DNA of 64,000 nucleotides from the human T2T-CHM13v2.0 reference genome, Homo sapiens. Shown here piece by piece: positions 1-13,408 of the stretch. The first letter of the stretch is position 1. The number at the start of each line of letters is the position of its first letter. The notes beneath the pieces were generated by a model. The model did not search any database and had not been told where the DNA came from. It saw only the letters and a list, made by a program, of their open reading frames with translations. The position numbers were made by a program, and so were the translations under genes. Location of the stretch: NCBI RefSeq assembly GCF_009914755.1, contig NC_060932.1; one strand, written 5' to 3'.

Positions 1-167
1 GTACCTGGGATTACAAGCATGCACCACCACTGCCTGGCTAATTTTTGTATGTTTAGTAGAGACAGGGTTTCACCATGTGGGCCAGGCTGGTCTTGAACTC
101 CTGACCTCAAATGATCCACCTGCCTCAGCCTCCCAAAGTGCTGGGATTACAGGTGTAAGCCACTGCA
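1..167 (-). mobile_element. Alu (AluS-like), cut by window start
   Basis: Reverse-complement Alu motifs (ctcctgacctcaaatgatccacc, cccaaagtgctgggattacaggtgt). Confidence 0.95.
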
Positions 168-199
168 ATGGTTACATATATATATATATAATTTTGCTT

Positions 200-1552
<1,353 letters not shown>

Positions 1553-1930
1553 TAGTTTGACCCTTGTTGTTGTTTTGGATTCTAAAAAATCATGCACATG
1601 TATTATCAATTAAAAACTAAATATATTTTGTTATTCATTGCCTAAATACTACCTCTTCCCTGAAGCATTTCCTGATTCCCTCAACTGGATAATTTCTCCT
1701 TCTCTAGGAAATCCCATGCCCTTCATTTGTATCTTTTATGCCACATATTATATTCTGTCTTGTGTTATGCTTGTGGACATGTTCTAGGTCCTTCCTCCTG
1801 AATTTTTAGCTTGAGAGCAGAAACTCTGTGTTGACCATGTTTCCTTGCCATCTGGGACCCAGGAAGCACTGCCCCATCCAGGGTTAACTAATTCCTAGAG
1901 ATAACACACAACTCTCCTGCAAGCTCATTT

Positions 1931-2366
1931 ATAAAAAGTGTTGAATTTTTTTATTTCCACAGGTTTTTGGGGAACAGCTGGTATTTGTTTACCTGAGCAA
2001 GTTCTTTAGTGGGGATTTGTGAGATTTTGATGCACCCATCACCTAAGCTAAGCAGTGTACACGGAACCCAATTTGTAGTCTAACTTCTCACCCCCCTCCC
2101 ACCCTTTCCCCTGAGTCCCCAAAGTCCACTGTATCATTCTTATTCTTTGCATCCTCATAGCTTAGCTCCCATTTATGAGTGAGAACATACAATGTTTGGT
2201 TTTCCATTCCTGAGTTACTTCACTTAGAACAATAGACTCCAATTCCATCCAGGTTGCTGTGAATACCATTAATTCATTCCTTTTTATGGCTGAGTAATAT
2301 TCCAATATATATCACAGTTTCTTTATCCACTCATTAATTGATGGGCATTTGGGCTGGTTCCATATT
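1931..2366 (-). mobile_element. 5'-truncated L1PB 3' end
   Basis: Reverse L1PB 3'UTR (cttagctcccatttatgagtgagaacat). 16-bp TSD tcctgcaagctcattt at 1915-1930 and 2367-2382. Confidence 0.9.
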
Positions 2367-2584
2367 TCCTGCAAGCTCATTTTTGATATGCAAACCAACC
2401 AATTCCAAGTCCATAGCCCCACCAGATCCCAAGGCCAGGACACTAATCCCCTGCCCTAATTGCCTGAGGGCCAGATACTGGACAACCACCTCTAAAGCCC
2501 AGAGCCTGCCAAAATTATTCAAATTTTTCATTCCTAGACCTGTTGGGCTGCTTACCCTTCCCTGCCTATTCCTTTCCAAGATAA

Positions 2585-3066
<482 letters not shown>

Positions 3067-3219
3067 TAAAACAGACCCTGCCCTACTGATCTTTCTATTC
3101 CTAACTGTGCCTAATACTATTTCGTGCATGCAATGGGGTTTCCGTAAATATTTGGTGAATTGATTCTAATTGAGTTGTTTGAGCCCCATATGCCAGCAAA
3201 TTTTATTTTGCTTTATTGA

Positions 3220-4320
3220 TTTTTTTTTTATTTCACCTTTTTTATTGAATTTGTATTAAAGGAGGTAGTGAGGGGGAGGAAGCACTTAAGAGTCAGAATC
3301 CATATTAGACTCTGGGGAGTGAAAAATTAAATTAAATCAATAAGATGGGGAGTGGGGGAAGAGTCAGAGGGAACTTTGCCCACCTTTCAAGATCAAATCA
3401 AGAAATCAGGGAAAGCAAAGACTTAGGAGAGGAGAAAGACATTCTCTCAATCCATCCTCCTTCCCCAGGGCAGAGAATTAAACAACGTTACTGAGTGAGC
3501 CTCTGAGCAGAAGGCTCTCCCATCTATGCACAGACTTCACTCCTCCTCCCCAGGCCTTCCTGGAGAATGTCCAAGGCTGGCCTTAGCCAACAGAAATAGA
3601 GGGGTCAAGGGGGTCCAGGAGTAAGGAAGGGTCAGCAGGGACCCTCAATACTGATTCTCCTCTGGCTGGAGGTGGGCGGGAAGCAGACATAGCTCAAATA
3701 CTGAGCAGCCAAAAAAAGAAGAAGATGGCGAGAAACAGGAAGAGGGAATCCTGTCAGCTGGAGGCCGGGTGACCCTGTCCCAGATCCACACCTGTACCCC
3801 GGCGGAAAGGCTCATGGGCATTGAAGACGATGGTGAAAAAGCCAAAGGGAAAAGCACCAACACCAAATGAGAAGTGGAAGCCCCCGGTATCACCAAATGG
3901 CTGGAATCCCCCTCTGCTCTCTGGAGCTGGTCTCTGGCCCTGGGGGCGGGGTGGAGTTTTCAATCTGGGATCCTGGGGCTTCTGGCTCCCTCGCCCATAA
4001 AGCGGGACAACCTTCTCTCTGCTGATCCCAGCTTTACATACTGGACACTCTTGCCGTTCTGGCCGTGTCTCCAGCCACTGATGAAGACATGGCCAACAGT
4101 ACAGGTGGCCACACACACTGACCACAGCTTCCCGAGCAGTCTCCAAACATATATTACATTCGAAGGTCGCGCCCGCTCCGCCCCGCTCGCGATTTGGCCC
4201 CTCGGGGCCCCCGTCCTCCTCCTCCGCTGCTGCCATGGCCGGTTTTGTTTCGCCCCACGTACCCTTCAGTCCCCCCAAATACACATACACACGCCCCAAC
4301 CTGCTTTATTATTACCAAGC
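3220..4320 (-). pseudogene. RNF5P1: Processed pseudogene (retrocopy) of RNF5, the ER-anchored C3HC4 RING E3 ligase, with 5'UTR, CDS, 3'UTR and poly(A) remnant
   Basis: Intronless minus-strand frame from ATG at 4236 (GCCATGG Kozak): [10 protein letters not shown]...[41 protein letters not shown]...HPASS*QDSLFLFLAIFFFFWLLSI*. Ancestral stop at 3694-3696. AATAAA (tttatt 3241-3246) and poly(T) at 3220-3229 on the + strand. 5' boundary uncertain (~4310-4345). Confidence 0.95.
3754..4236 (-). CDS. RNF5P1: Residual 160-aa ORF of the RNF5 retrocopy: RING and first hydrophobic segment present, C-terminal membrane anchor lost. Translation unproven.
   Basis: ATG at 4236 to premature TGA at 3754-3756. 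All eight Zn ligands of the C3HC4 RING are present. Confidence 0.3.
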
Positions 4321-5425
4321 CGCTCCCACTCCTTCTCCCAACAGATTTCCATGGTGCAGCATCTTCCACAATGCTTTCTTCACACCTTGCCCTAGAGCAG
4401 TAACAAGCTCAAGAATTTGAGTGCCCATAGCATTTTTCTCCCTGGTCTGTGTCACTCCAAAAAGCCTCATTCTGTGAAATATATGGTGGAGCTGGCTTCT
4501 TGGTAGCCTGGCAGCCCTTACTCAGCCTTGCTTCCTTGGAGAAAGTTTCCTGATGTCTGACACTTGCAACCTGAGGGGAGGGATATTGAGATTGTCTGAG
4601 GATGGATGCCAACAAAGACCTCTTTGTGCTGCAGCCCATGTAGTTCTGTGTCTGGCTTTGGAGTGACGAGGGCTGGGACCTGTTCTCACCTGGGCATGTC
4701 ACTGCTGCAGGAAGACGGCTGTCTGAGCTTGGGTCCCAAGCGCCGGATGAAGGGCACAGCCTAGCTGGTGGAGGCAGCAGCCTGCATGTGACACTTTTAC
4801 AAATCAGGTTCAGAGAAACTCATTATAACTGGTTAGATGGAGGAGTCTGAACTGTTGAAGTGTGAGCTTGCAATGGTATGATTTATTTTCCCCAATTGCT
4901 GCTTTCATTTATACAGTGTAGGCCCTCTGTCCCGCTGCTTCACATCCCCTAATGCTTCCTTGGATGGGTGCCATGCCTCCCCTGTCACTTTTGGACATTC
5001 ACACAGTCTCATTCCAGCAGTTAAGGCTTGGGCCTGTTCACATTTCCAAACTTCAGTCTTAAGCACAATGCAACACTCTGTCCTCCCTCCTCCTGGGCTG
5101 GTGAGAGCATTGGCTCCCAGCAACCCGGAGAACAGGAGGATGGTGTAGTCTGCCTCTGCAACCCTCCCTCCTTTTCTCTCTCTTCGATGGGGCTAGAGGG
5201 CAGGAAGGAGGGGTAGAGGCAGAGCTTTCCCTACCTGACCAGTCCCTGCCAGTGTGGGGAGACTTCCGGGCCTGGCTTTCTTGGGGGCAGTGTTCAACTT
5301 CACCTCGGTTTCCTCCAAAATAAGGAACCCCCTCCAGGGTGGGCGGCAGTCTCCCTTTGGGTGCTTGTCCCCTCTGGTTTAGGTGTCCTACTACCCAGCT
5401 CTGTGGCTGTCCTGGAACTCCTGGT

Positions 5426-5681
5426 TCTTTTTTTTTTTTTTTTTTTCGAGACGGTGGTCTCACTCTGTTGTACCGGCTGGAGTGTACTGGCACAATCATA
5501 GCTCACTCCAGCCCCTCTTGGGCTCAAGTGATCCTCCCACTTCAGCCTCCTGAGTATGTGCACCACCACACGGTAGAGAAGAGGTTGCCCACGCTGCTAT
5601 TGAACTCCTGGCATCAAGTGATCCTCCTGCCTCGGCCTCCCAAAGTGCTGAAATTGCAGGTGTGAGCCACCACGCCCAGCC
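5426..5681 (-). mobile_element. Alu (AluJ-like) with several internal deletions
   Basis: Poly-T followed by a reverse Alu lacking the central A-rich linker and other short segments. Confidence 0.9.
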
Positions 5682-5867
5682 ACCACAGGCTTCTTCCTGC
5701 ACAACTGCAGGAATCCCTGAGGTCCTCTTTATAGAGAACTGGAGCAGGGTGGGAGTGGCCCCATCTTCTTTCTAAGTGGTCTATGCTACAGTCCCTTCAG
5801 ATCTACCGGCCACTCCAGTGAGCCTCTCACTTTCAGAAACCTTTAGTTCAGAAACAGGCATCAGTAT

Positions 5868-6325
5868 GTGTTATGGGATGTGTTCCCCAAAAAGATATGT
5901 GGAAGTCCTAACTCTCAGTACCTTATGCCTTACCTTATTTGGAACTGGGTTGTTGCAGATATAATGAGTTCAGATGAGGTCATCCTGGAGTAGGGTGGGG
6001 CCTTAATCCAACATGACTGTTGTCCTTGTAAAAAAGGAGAAGAGACAAAGAGACAGAGTCACACAGGGACAAAATGGCTGTGTGATGATGGAGGCAGAGG
6101 TTGGAATATTGCAACTGCAAGCCAAGGAATGCCGAACCACATTCCTGCAAACCATGAGGAGCTAGGAAGAGGCAAGGAAGGATTCCTATAGGTTCCAGAG
6201 GGAACATGGCTCCACCACACCTTGATTTTAGACTTTCAGCCTCCAGAACTATGTGACAAGGAATCTCTGCTGTTTAAGTCACCTGTGTGTGATACTTTGC
6301 TACGGCATTCCTAGGAAACTAATGC
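5868..6325 (+). mobile_element. MaLR solo LTR (MLT1C-like)
   Basis: tgttatggg...ccaaaaagatatgtggaagtcctaac...cagcctccagaact...ctaggaaactaatgca. Confidence 0.88.
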
Positions 6326-7795
6326 AGCATCTCTGCTCGCCAGTTTCAAAAGTTCAAGGAACATGTGCCAAGCACTCTCCTTTTGGCCCCCATAGGTGGA
6401 AGAGGGGAACTAAAATGCCATGCACCATGGTCCTTTTTCCAGAATGTTCTCTGAAGAGTTTTTCAGCACCTCCACTCCAATAGGCGCTGTAGCTCAGTCA
6501 TTATCTGGTGGGGATGAGAGGTCAGTGCTTCCTTCTTTCAGGCCTTGCCAACATTTCCTAGTGGTTCCCCTGGAGTTCCCCTCACTCCTCTTCTGGGCGG
6601 GGAAAGCCTTCATGCCCACTGCAGTGTTCCAAAGACCAGGGGCCTTCCTTCCTGTCCTCGAGCCTCCTCCTTTGGGCTGTGTTGGTGTTGAGCAGGCTGG
6701 GTCTGACTCCTCTTAGCTTGCCCCATGTGACCTGGTTGGCAGCCCTCTGGATGTAGGATATGAGGTCTTAATTGTGGTTTTTCTTTCTTGCCCTTACCCT
6801 GGATCCTGGCCATAATTCTGGGTAACCAGAAGAGCCCTGTTCAACATCTTGTCCCTTCATTGAGGGTACACCCTAAATGTGCTTCACCAAAGCAGCCCCA
6901 AGGGGCTGTGCCCTGAGGTTGCCCTAGGAAGAAGCTCATCAAGCCTTTGGCTCCCTCCAGGGAGGGCTGGGTCTCAGACAATCCCTGAGAGTCAAGAGAC
7001 TGGAAGTGGAAACCTGATTATGTTTTTTTCCCTGAGTCAGTATTGGAGGGGGGAATCTTACTCTTGTCTCTTGTGAGCGTCTAGAGCAGAACTGAAAATG
7101 GAAGAGAAGATTCTGCGAGAGGCCTGAGGTGGGTGAGGAGATGAGGAGAGTCACCCTTGAGCCTCACCTTGGTTCTAGTGAAAAGGAAGGGAAATGTCCT
7201 CCCAGGAATCACAGCTTCCCGCCCTTGCCGTCCACAGATTCCTGTCTGAGGGGCTGCCTATTTTTCACAGAGCAGGGCTCAAAGTTTGAGGCCCCTAGAT
7301 AGCTCTGTTGTCCAGGCCCACCATGAAGACCATGGAGACAAACATCGGATGTCCTGTGGGGGCTTGAGCAGGCCACATTGGCCGCATGGGAATAAAGAAA
7401 AATCTTGAGTTTCTTCAAGGGAAATTCCAGGCACCTAGCTGGCCTAGAGAGTAGATGAGCAATTTGATAAGCAAGAAGGTAATAGTAGCCTAAAACAATA
7501 GCCAAGAAATGAGAAGCAGGAGATGTTTTGTCCCTTACAGAAACTAAAGATAACATCTAAGCATATGTCCCTGAGCTGTTTTTCAGAAACCTGGACCCCT
7601 ACTGAGTGGATCTGCTGGCACATAGACCTCAGATAAGGGGGAGCGGAGGACTGAACTTTGACTGCTGATCTTTGTCCTAAAGTTCTTCCTGAGGGGCCTG
7701 GAGGAGGTCATGCCCCTGGGCCAGAGCTAACATTCTTGTCTGCTGACCCCAAAGTTTTAGACAAAGCTTTTCCTCCTTGACAAAAGACTTCTTGC

Positions 7796-7910
7796 ACATT
7801 CTGAGAAATGCGTCTTTAGGCGGTTTGATAGTTATGTGAACATCATAGAGTGCACTTATGTAAACCTAGATAGTAGAGCCTGCTACACACATAAGCTATT
7901 TCATATAGCC
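7796..7910 (+). mobile_element. Internal Tigger3a fragment without TIRs
   Basis: 115-bp ungapped match to 9695-9809 (18 mismatches by hand count). Confidence 0.85.
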
Positions 7911-8075
7911 AATCAGAATTTCTTTAAATCCACCTATGATCTATGCCCCCCCACCCACCCACTTCAAGATGTCCCACCTTTGAAGCTCAAATCAATGTAT
8001 AGCTTCCAAGACTTGATTGATGACTGTACTTGTAACCTCTGCCTGTTCGCTTTTAAAAACCCTTACGTCTAAGCT

Positions 8076-8554
<479 letters not shown>

Positions 8555-9666
8555 CTAGAGACTTTCTCTGGGCACAATCAATGTCTTTGCTTGCCTCTGT
8601 CATTGGCAAAGAACCAGTGCTTTCCCAGACCACCTGGAGCAAGGGACCATGTGGTGCCTGAGCCCTGGAATCAGAGAGCTGCTAGTCATGAGGGGGCTCT
8701 GGGAACTGGCTTCCTGCCCCGAGCTCTCTGGGGCCATGTGGCGTCCCGGTCCTGGCAGGCTGGCTTCTCCTCTTCTGGTGTGTCTCATTTCTGACCAGCT
8801 TCCCAACCTTCTCTTTTTGTCTATGCCAAATGTGGAGGAAGCTCGTCAGATGGGCAGAATTCTTCATTCCAGGCCTGCTCGAGGGTTGCCAGCCAGCCTG
8901 TGGGTGGGATGCCCTTGGTCACATGGTCAACTCTGGTCCGATTATAGACCACCCTGGGCAAAGAGCAGCAATCCTTGGCCCCTCCCTGAGCTGAGGCCAT
9001 GGGCAGGCAGGATGAGCTCAGCAGCTTCACAGCGGACGCGTCCAGTTTAAGGGTTTGTTTTGCAGTGATTTCTCCATCCCTCCTAACTTCTCCTTTTCTT
9101 TCTAAATCAGCCCTGGGTGGGCTAAGGCTATAATTTTCCTCAGTGTAAATTGCTCTGGGACTGGGACAAGAGGCATTAGGAGGGCAATGAGCACTGCAGA
9201 AGTAGATGGAGGGGGTGGAAGTTGGGAAAAAGGGCAAGTGACTAACCCAGCTCTTTTTGTCCTGCCTGGAGAGGTGAGACCATGGGCACTTTCATGATGA
9301 CAAAGTCCCAGGAATCCCTCTCCTGCCCATGCCCAATGAGGGGAGTGACTTAATGTCTGCCAAAGGTGGCGTGTGGAGGCCAGCATTCAGGTCACCTCCT
9401 TGGCTTGGCTCCAGGGCTCCCAGGCTCTTCTCCCACCCTTCTGAAAAGAGGTACAATTTCAACAAATCCAGCAGTGCTGTCTCTGACAGTAAGCCTACCT
9501 GTAGACCTGGACACAAGAGAAGCAACGACTCTCCCCGGCTTGCATCAACCCGGGTATGAAAGTGCCGGCATGTGGGCATGTGTCTAACTCCAATATTTAG
9601 GAGAGACACAAAATCTGTCCCTAAGGAGCTTCCAACAGAATTGAGATATCAGTCATCTCTAAAGTA

Positions 9667-10006
9667 CTGTCATATGTTGCTTAATGATGGGGCTACATTC
9701 GGAGAAGTGCATCTTTAGGAGATTTCATTGTTACGTGAACATCATAGAGCACACTTACACAAACCTAGATAGCAGAGCCTACTAAACATATAAGCTATTT
9801 GATATAGCCTATTACTCCTAGGCCACAATCCTGTATAGCATGGGTACAGAATACGGTAAGCAATTATAATACAACAGTATTTGTGATCTAAACACAGCTA
9901 AACATAGAAAAGGCACAGTAAAAATACCGTATTACAATCTTATGGATCACCATTGTATACGTGGGCTGGTGTTGACTGAAACGTCATTACGTGGTGTGCA
10001 TGACTG
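9667..10006 (+). mobile_element. Tigger3a (MER7-type) non-autonomous TcMar DNA transposon
   Basis: TA followed by ctgtcat... and ending ...catgactg (inverted ends). Internal gtgaacatcatagag...acaaacctagat...aaacatagaaaaggcacagtaaaaatac. Confidence 0.88.
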
Positions 10007-10446
10007 TGCTGAAGAATGCAGGCAGTTACAAATCAGTCCTGAATGATCTGCATTGGACACTATATGCTACTGGCGACCCCAGGATATTACAGTGCAGGCT
10101 TCCTAGAAGGAGGGCTTCCTAGAAGTCAGTGAACAGACAATTCTCACTAGGGATGAGAGAGGAGGTAGGATTAGTATTGGAAATACTTCGAGCTTGTAAC
10201 AATTACAAATGTTTCAGTCTCTTCCCCTGAGATTCTGACAGTTCCTCCAAGGGGACAGGAGAATTTATTTTGAAAAGGTTCTCCAGGGGATTCTAATTCT
10301 CTCGCCTACTCCACACAGATCTCTCTGAGAGCTGCTGCTCTACGCTTGTGGTCTCTAAGCTTTTTTGATGAGGCACTCCATGGATAAAATGTTTAGGGTA
10401 TGTGCCTTCAATATTTGGGTATTTATTTATTTTAAAAATAACACCC

Positions 10447-10758
10447 AGCAGGACGTGGTGGCTCACACCTGTAATCCCAACACTTTGAGAGGCAGAGGTG
10501 GATGGATCGCTTGAGCCCAGGAATTTGAGACCAGCCTGGGCAACGTAGCGAGATGCTGTCTCTATAAATAAATAAATAAAAATAAAATTAGCTGGTATGG
10601 TGATGTGCACCTACAATCCAGCTACTTAGGAGGCTGAGACGGGAGGATCACTTGAGCCCAGGTTGTCAAGGACCATGATTGCGTCACTGCACTCCAGCCT
10701 GGGCAACAGAGCAAGACCCTGTTTCAAAACAAAACAAACAAAACCAAAACCAAAAAAC
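10447..10758 (+). mobile_element. Alu (AluJ)
   Basis: gatcgcttgagcccagga in the left arm and gatcacttgagcccagg in the right arm; (CAAAA)n tail. Confidence 0.95.
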
Positions 10759-10944
10759 CCTCTCATATACTTCTGTATTCATATATTAGTCATCATAAAG
10801 GAAGCACAAACATATAGTTCAACAGGGGCAGGCTTAAAAATAAATAGAAATGGAACTTATAATGTTTTCTTATTGACTTCTAACAGATCACCTGGCTCCC
10901 TCCCTAAGGCATACACCCCCTTTGGGAATCACTGCTCTCGGTTA

Positions 10945-11032
10945 ATATATGTATCCCTCATGCCTAGCTCAGTGTCTGGCAGGCAGTAAGTGTTCAATAA
11001 ATAATTCTGTGGAATGGATGAATAACGAATGC
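10945..11032 (+). mobile_element. L2 3' terminus
   Basis: gcctagctcagtgtctggca...gtgttcaataaat...gaatggatgaat. Confidence 0.7.
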
Positions 11033-11541
11033 ATTAGGGCAAGATCTCCAAGAATATGAATATTTTGAAAATATCCAAGTGGGGAGATGGAATGAGCTGA
11101 GATTCTCCTTTATGGTTTACCATTATGATGCATTGACTTTTCTTAACAGTAACATGAAGATTAGATCTTGCAGGAGGACATTAAGTCTGAGTAATGATGG
11201 ATCGTTTAGTTAATTAAATTGAATGTATTTATTTATCACTCATTTCCATTAGCATGGCAGCCCCATATTCCCACATTCTGACTACTTGACCATCTCCCAG
11301 CCAGGCTGATCCGAGCCTCGAGATTCCATCAGCCAGACAGGGACATGCTCTGGGAGATGGGATTCGGTGAGGAGTCTCTCAGGAGAAAGAAACCCCAAAT
11401 CTCAGCTCTTAGTTAATTAGGTGCTCTGTAAAACAGGCTGGACAGGCTGAGTGAAAGGGATTATTACAGGCTTCTAATGGCTGGGAACTGATTTATTAAT
11501 GTGGCACAACATTTGCATGTGAGGTGGAAAGCTGGTGATAG

Positions 11542-11902
<361 letters not shown>

Positions 11903-12235
11903 ATCCAGGGATTTTAAAAAACATTTCTCTTCCTACCCACTCCAGGAGCCTTCCTTTGGGGAGGAATGAGGCACTCTCCTTCCAAGCAAGAGGCCACTCT
12001 CAAAGACAGCCTCCCGACTTTGTCAGTAGAATACCAGGACAGTCCAGGCTCCCGCCCTAATTTTGTAGATAACAATACAGGCTGAGCATCCCAAATCTGA
12101 AATTTTGAAATCTAAAATGCTTCAAAATTCAAACTTTTTGAGAGCCAACACAATGCTCAAAGGAAATGCTCATTGGAGCTGTATTAGTCCATTTTCACAC
12201 TGCTGATGAAGACATACCTGAGACTGGGTAATTTA

Positions 12236-12416
12236 TATGTGTGTGTGTGTGTGTATACATATATATGCACACACACACACACATACACATATATATACAC
12301 ACATATATGTATATACATATATACATATGTAAGTTACCATATATACATATATATTTATGTATATATGTATATACGTGTGTGTGTGTATATCTATATATGC
12401 GTGTATATATATATAG
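12236..12416. repeat. Compound (TG)n/(TA)n/(CA)n microsatellite occupying the Alu tail position
   Basis: ~180 bp of mostly alternating purine-pyrimidine sequence. Confidence 0.95.
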
Positions 12417-12700
12417 TTTTTGAGAGGGAGTCTTTTTCTTCCACCCAAGCTGGAGTGCAGTGGTGCAGTCTCGGCTCGCTGCAACCTCTACCTCCTGAGT
12501 TCAAGGGATTATCCTGCCTCAGCCTCCTGAGTAGCTGAGATTACAGGCACCCGCCACCATGCCTGGCTAATTTTTGTATTTTAATAGAGATGGGGTTTCA
12601 CCCTGTTGGTCAGGCTGGTCTCGAACTCCTGACTTCAAATGATCTGCCCGCCTCAGCCTCCCAAAGTGCTGGGATTACAGGTGTGAGCCACCGTGCCTGG
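12417..12700 (-). mobile_element. Alu (AluS) inside THE1
   Basis: Reverse Alu. ctgggtaatttata is repeated at 12224-12237 and 12697-12710. Confidence 0.96.
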
Positions 12701-13154
12701 GTAATTTATAAAGAAAAAGAGGTTTAATTGACTCACCATTCCATGTGACTGGGGAGGCCTCACAATCATGGTGGAAGGCAAAAGGCACATTTTACATGGA
12801 GGCAGGGAAGGGAGAATGAGAACCAAGCAAAAGGGTTTTCCTCTTCTAAAACCGTCCAATCTCGTGAAACTTACTCACTACCACGAGAACAGTATGGGGG
12901 AAACTGCCCCCAAGATTTAATTATCTCCCACCAGGTCCCTCCCACAACACATGGGAATGATGGGAGCTACAATTCAAGATGAGATTTGGGTGGGGACACA
13001 GCCAAACCATATCAGGAACATTTCAAATTTTTGGATTTGGGAGGCTGAATTAGTATAATGCAGCTATCCTGAAATCTGAAAAAAAAAAAAAAAAAAAAAA
13101 AAACCAAAGGACTTTTGTTCTTAAGCATTTCAGATAATGGATACTCAACCTGTA

Positions 13155-13408
13155 GTGACACTTCTGTGATGTTTACTTATAGCACAGTTGCCAGTCTCTG
13201 TTCTTAAACTGCTTCACACATATGTTGACATATTGAATCCTTTACAGCAACATTGGGGGAAGGTGCTAAGAGTTTCTTTCTTTTACTGCTGGGGACACTG
13301 AGACACACAATGACTAAGTAACTTGCCAAAGCTAGTTAGTGGCTAGTTAGTGGCAGTTCTAGGATTCAAACCCCAGCAATCTGGCCCCAACAACCTGCCT
13401 TTAACCAA
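13155..13408 (-). mobile_element. MIR
   Basis: actgagacacac...aagtaacttgccaaag...aggattcaaacccca (reverse MIR core). Confidence 0.75.

Larger units (their letters stand above)
12180..13014 (-). mobile_element. THE1B-like MaLR solo LTR split by an Alu
   Basis: tgtattagtcc...gccaaaccatatca. 5-bp TSD ggagc/ggaac. Confidence 0.92.
12078..13152 (+). mobile_element. Tigger4a (MER46/Zombi) MITE split by a THE1 LTR
   Basis: TA|caggctgagcatccc ... ggatactcaacctg|TA inverted ends with TA TSD. Halves at 12078-12179 and 13020-13152. Confidence 0.88.

Noticed and set aside
4237-4299. 21-aa N-terminal extension giving the 181-aa ORF in the track
   Set aside because: It begins at TTG in 5'UTR-derived sequence; the real start is the Kozak ATG at 4236. 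The resemblance of 181 aa to full-length RNF5 is coincidental.
3209-4310. tgctttatt on both sides of the retrocopy as a TSD
   Set aside because: Only 9 bp and AT-rich, and the right copy may lie within RNF5 5'UTR sequence. It cannot be confirmed without the parental mRNA.
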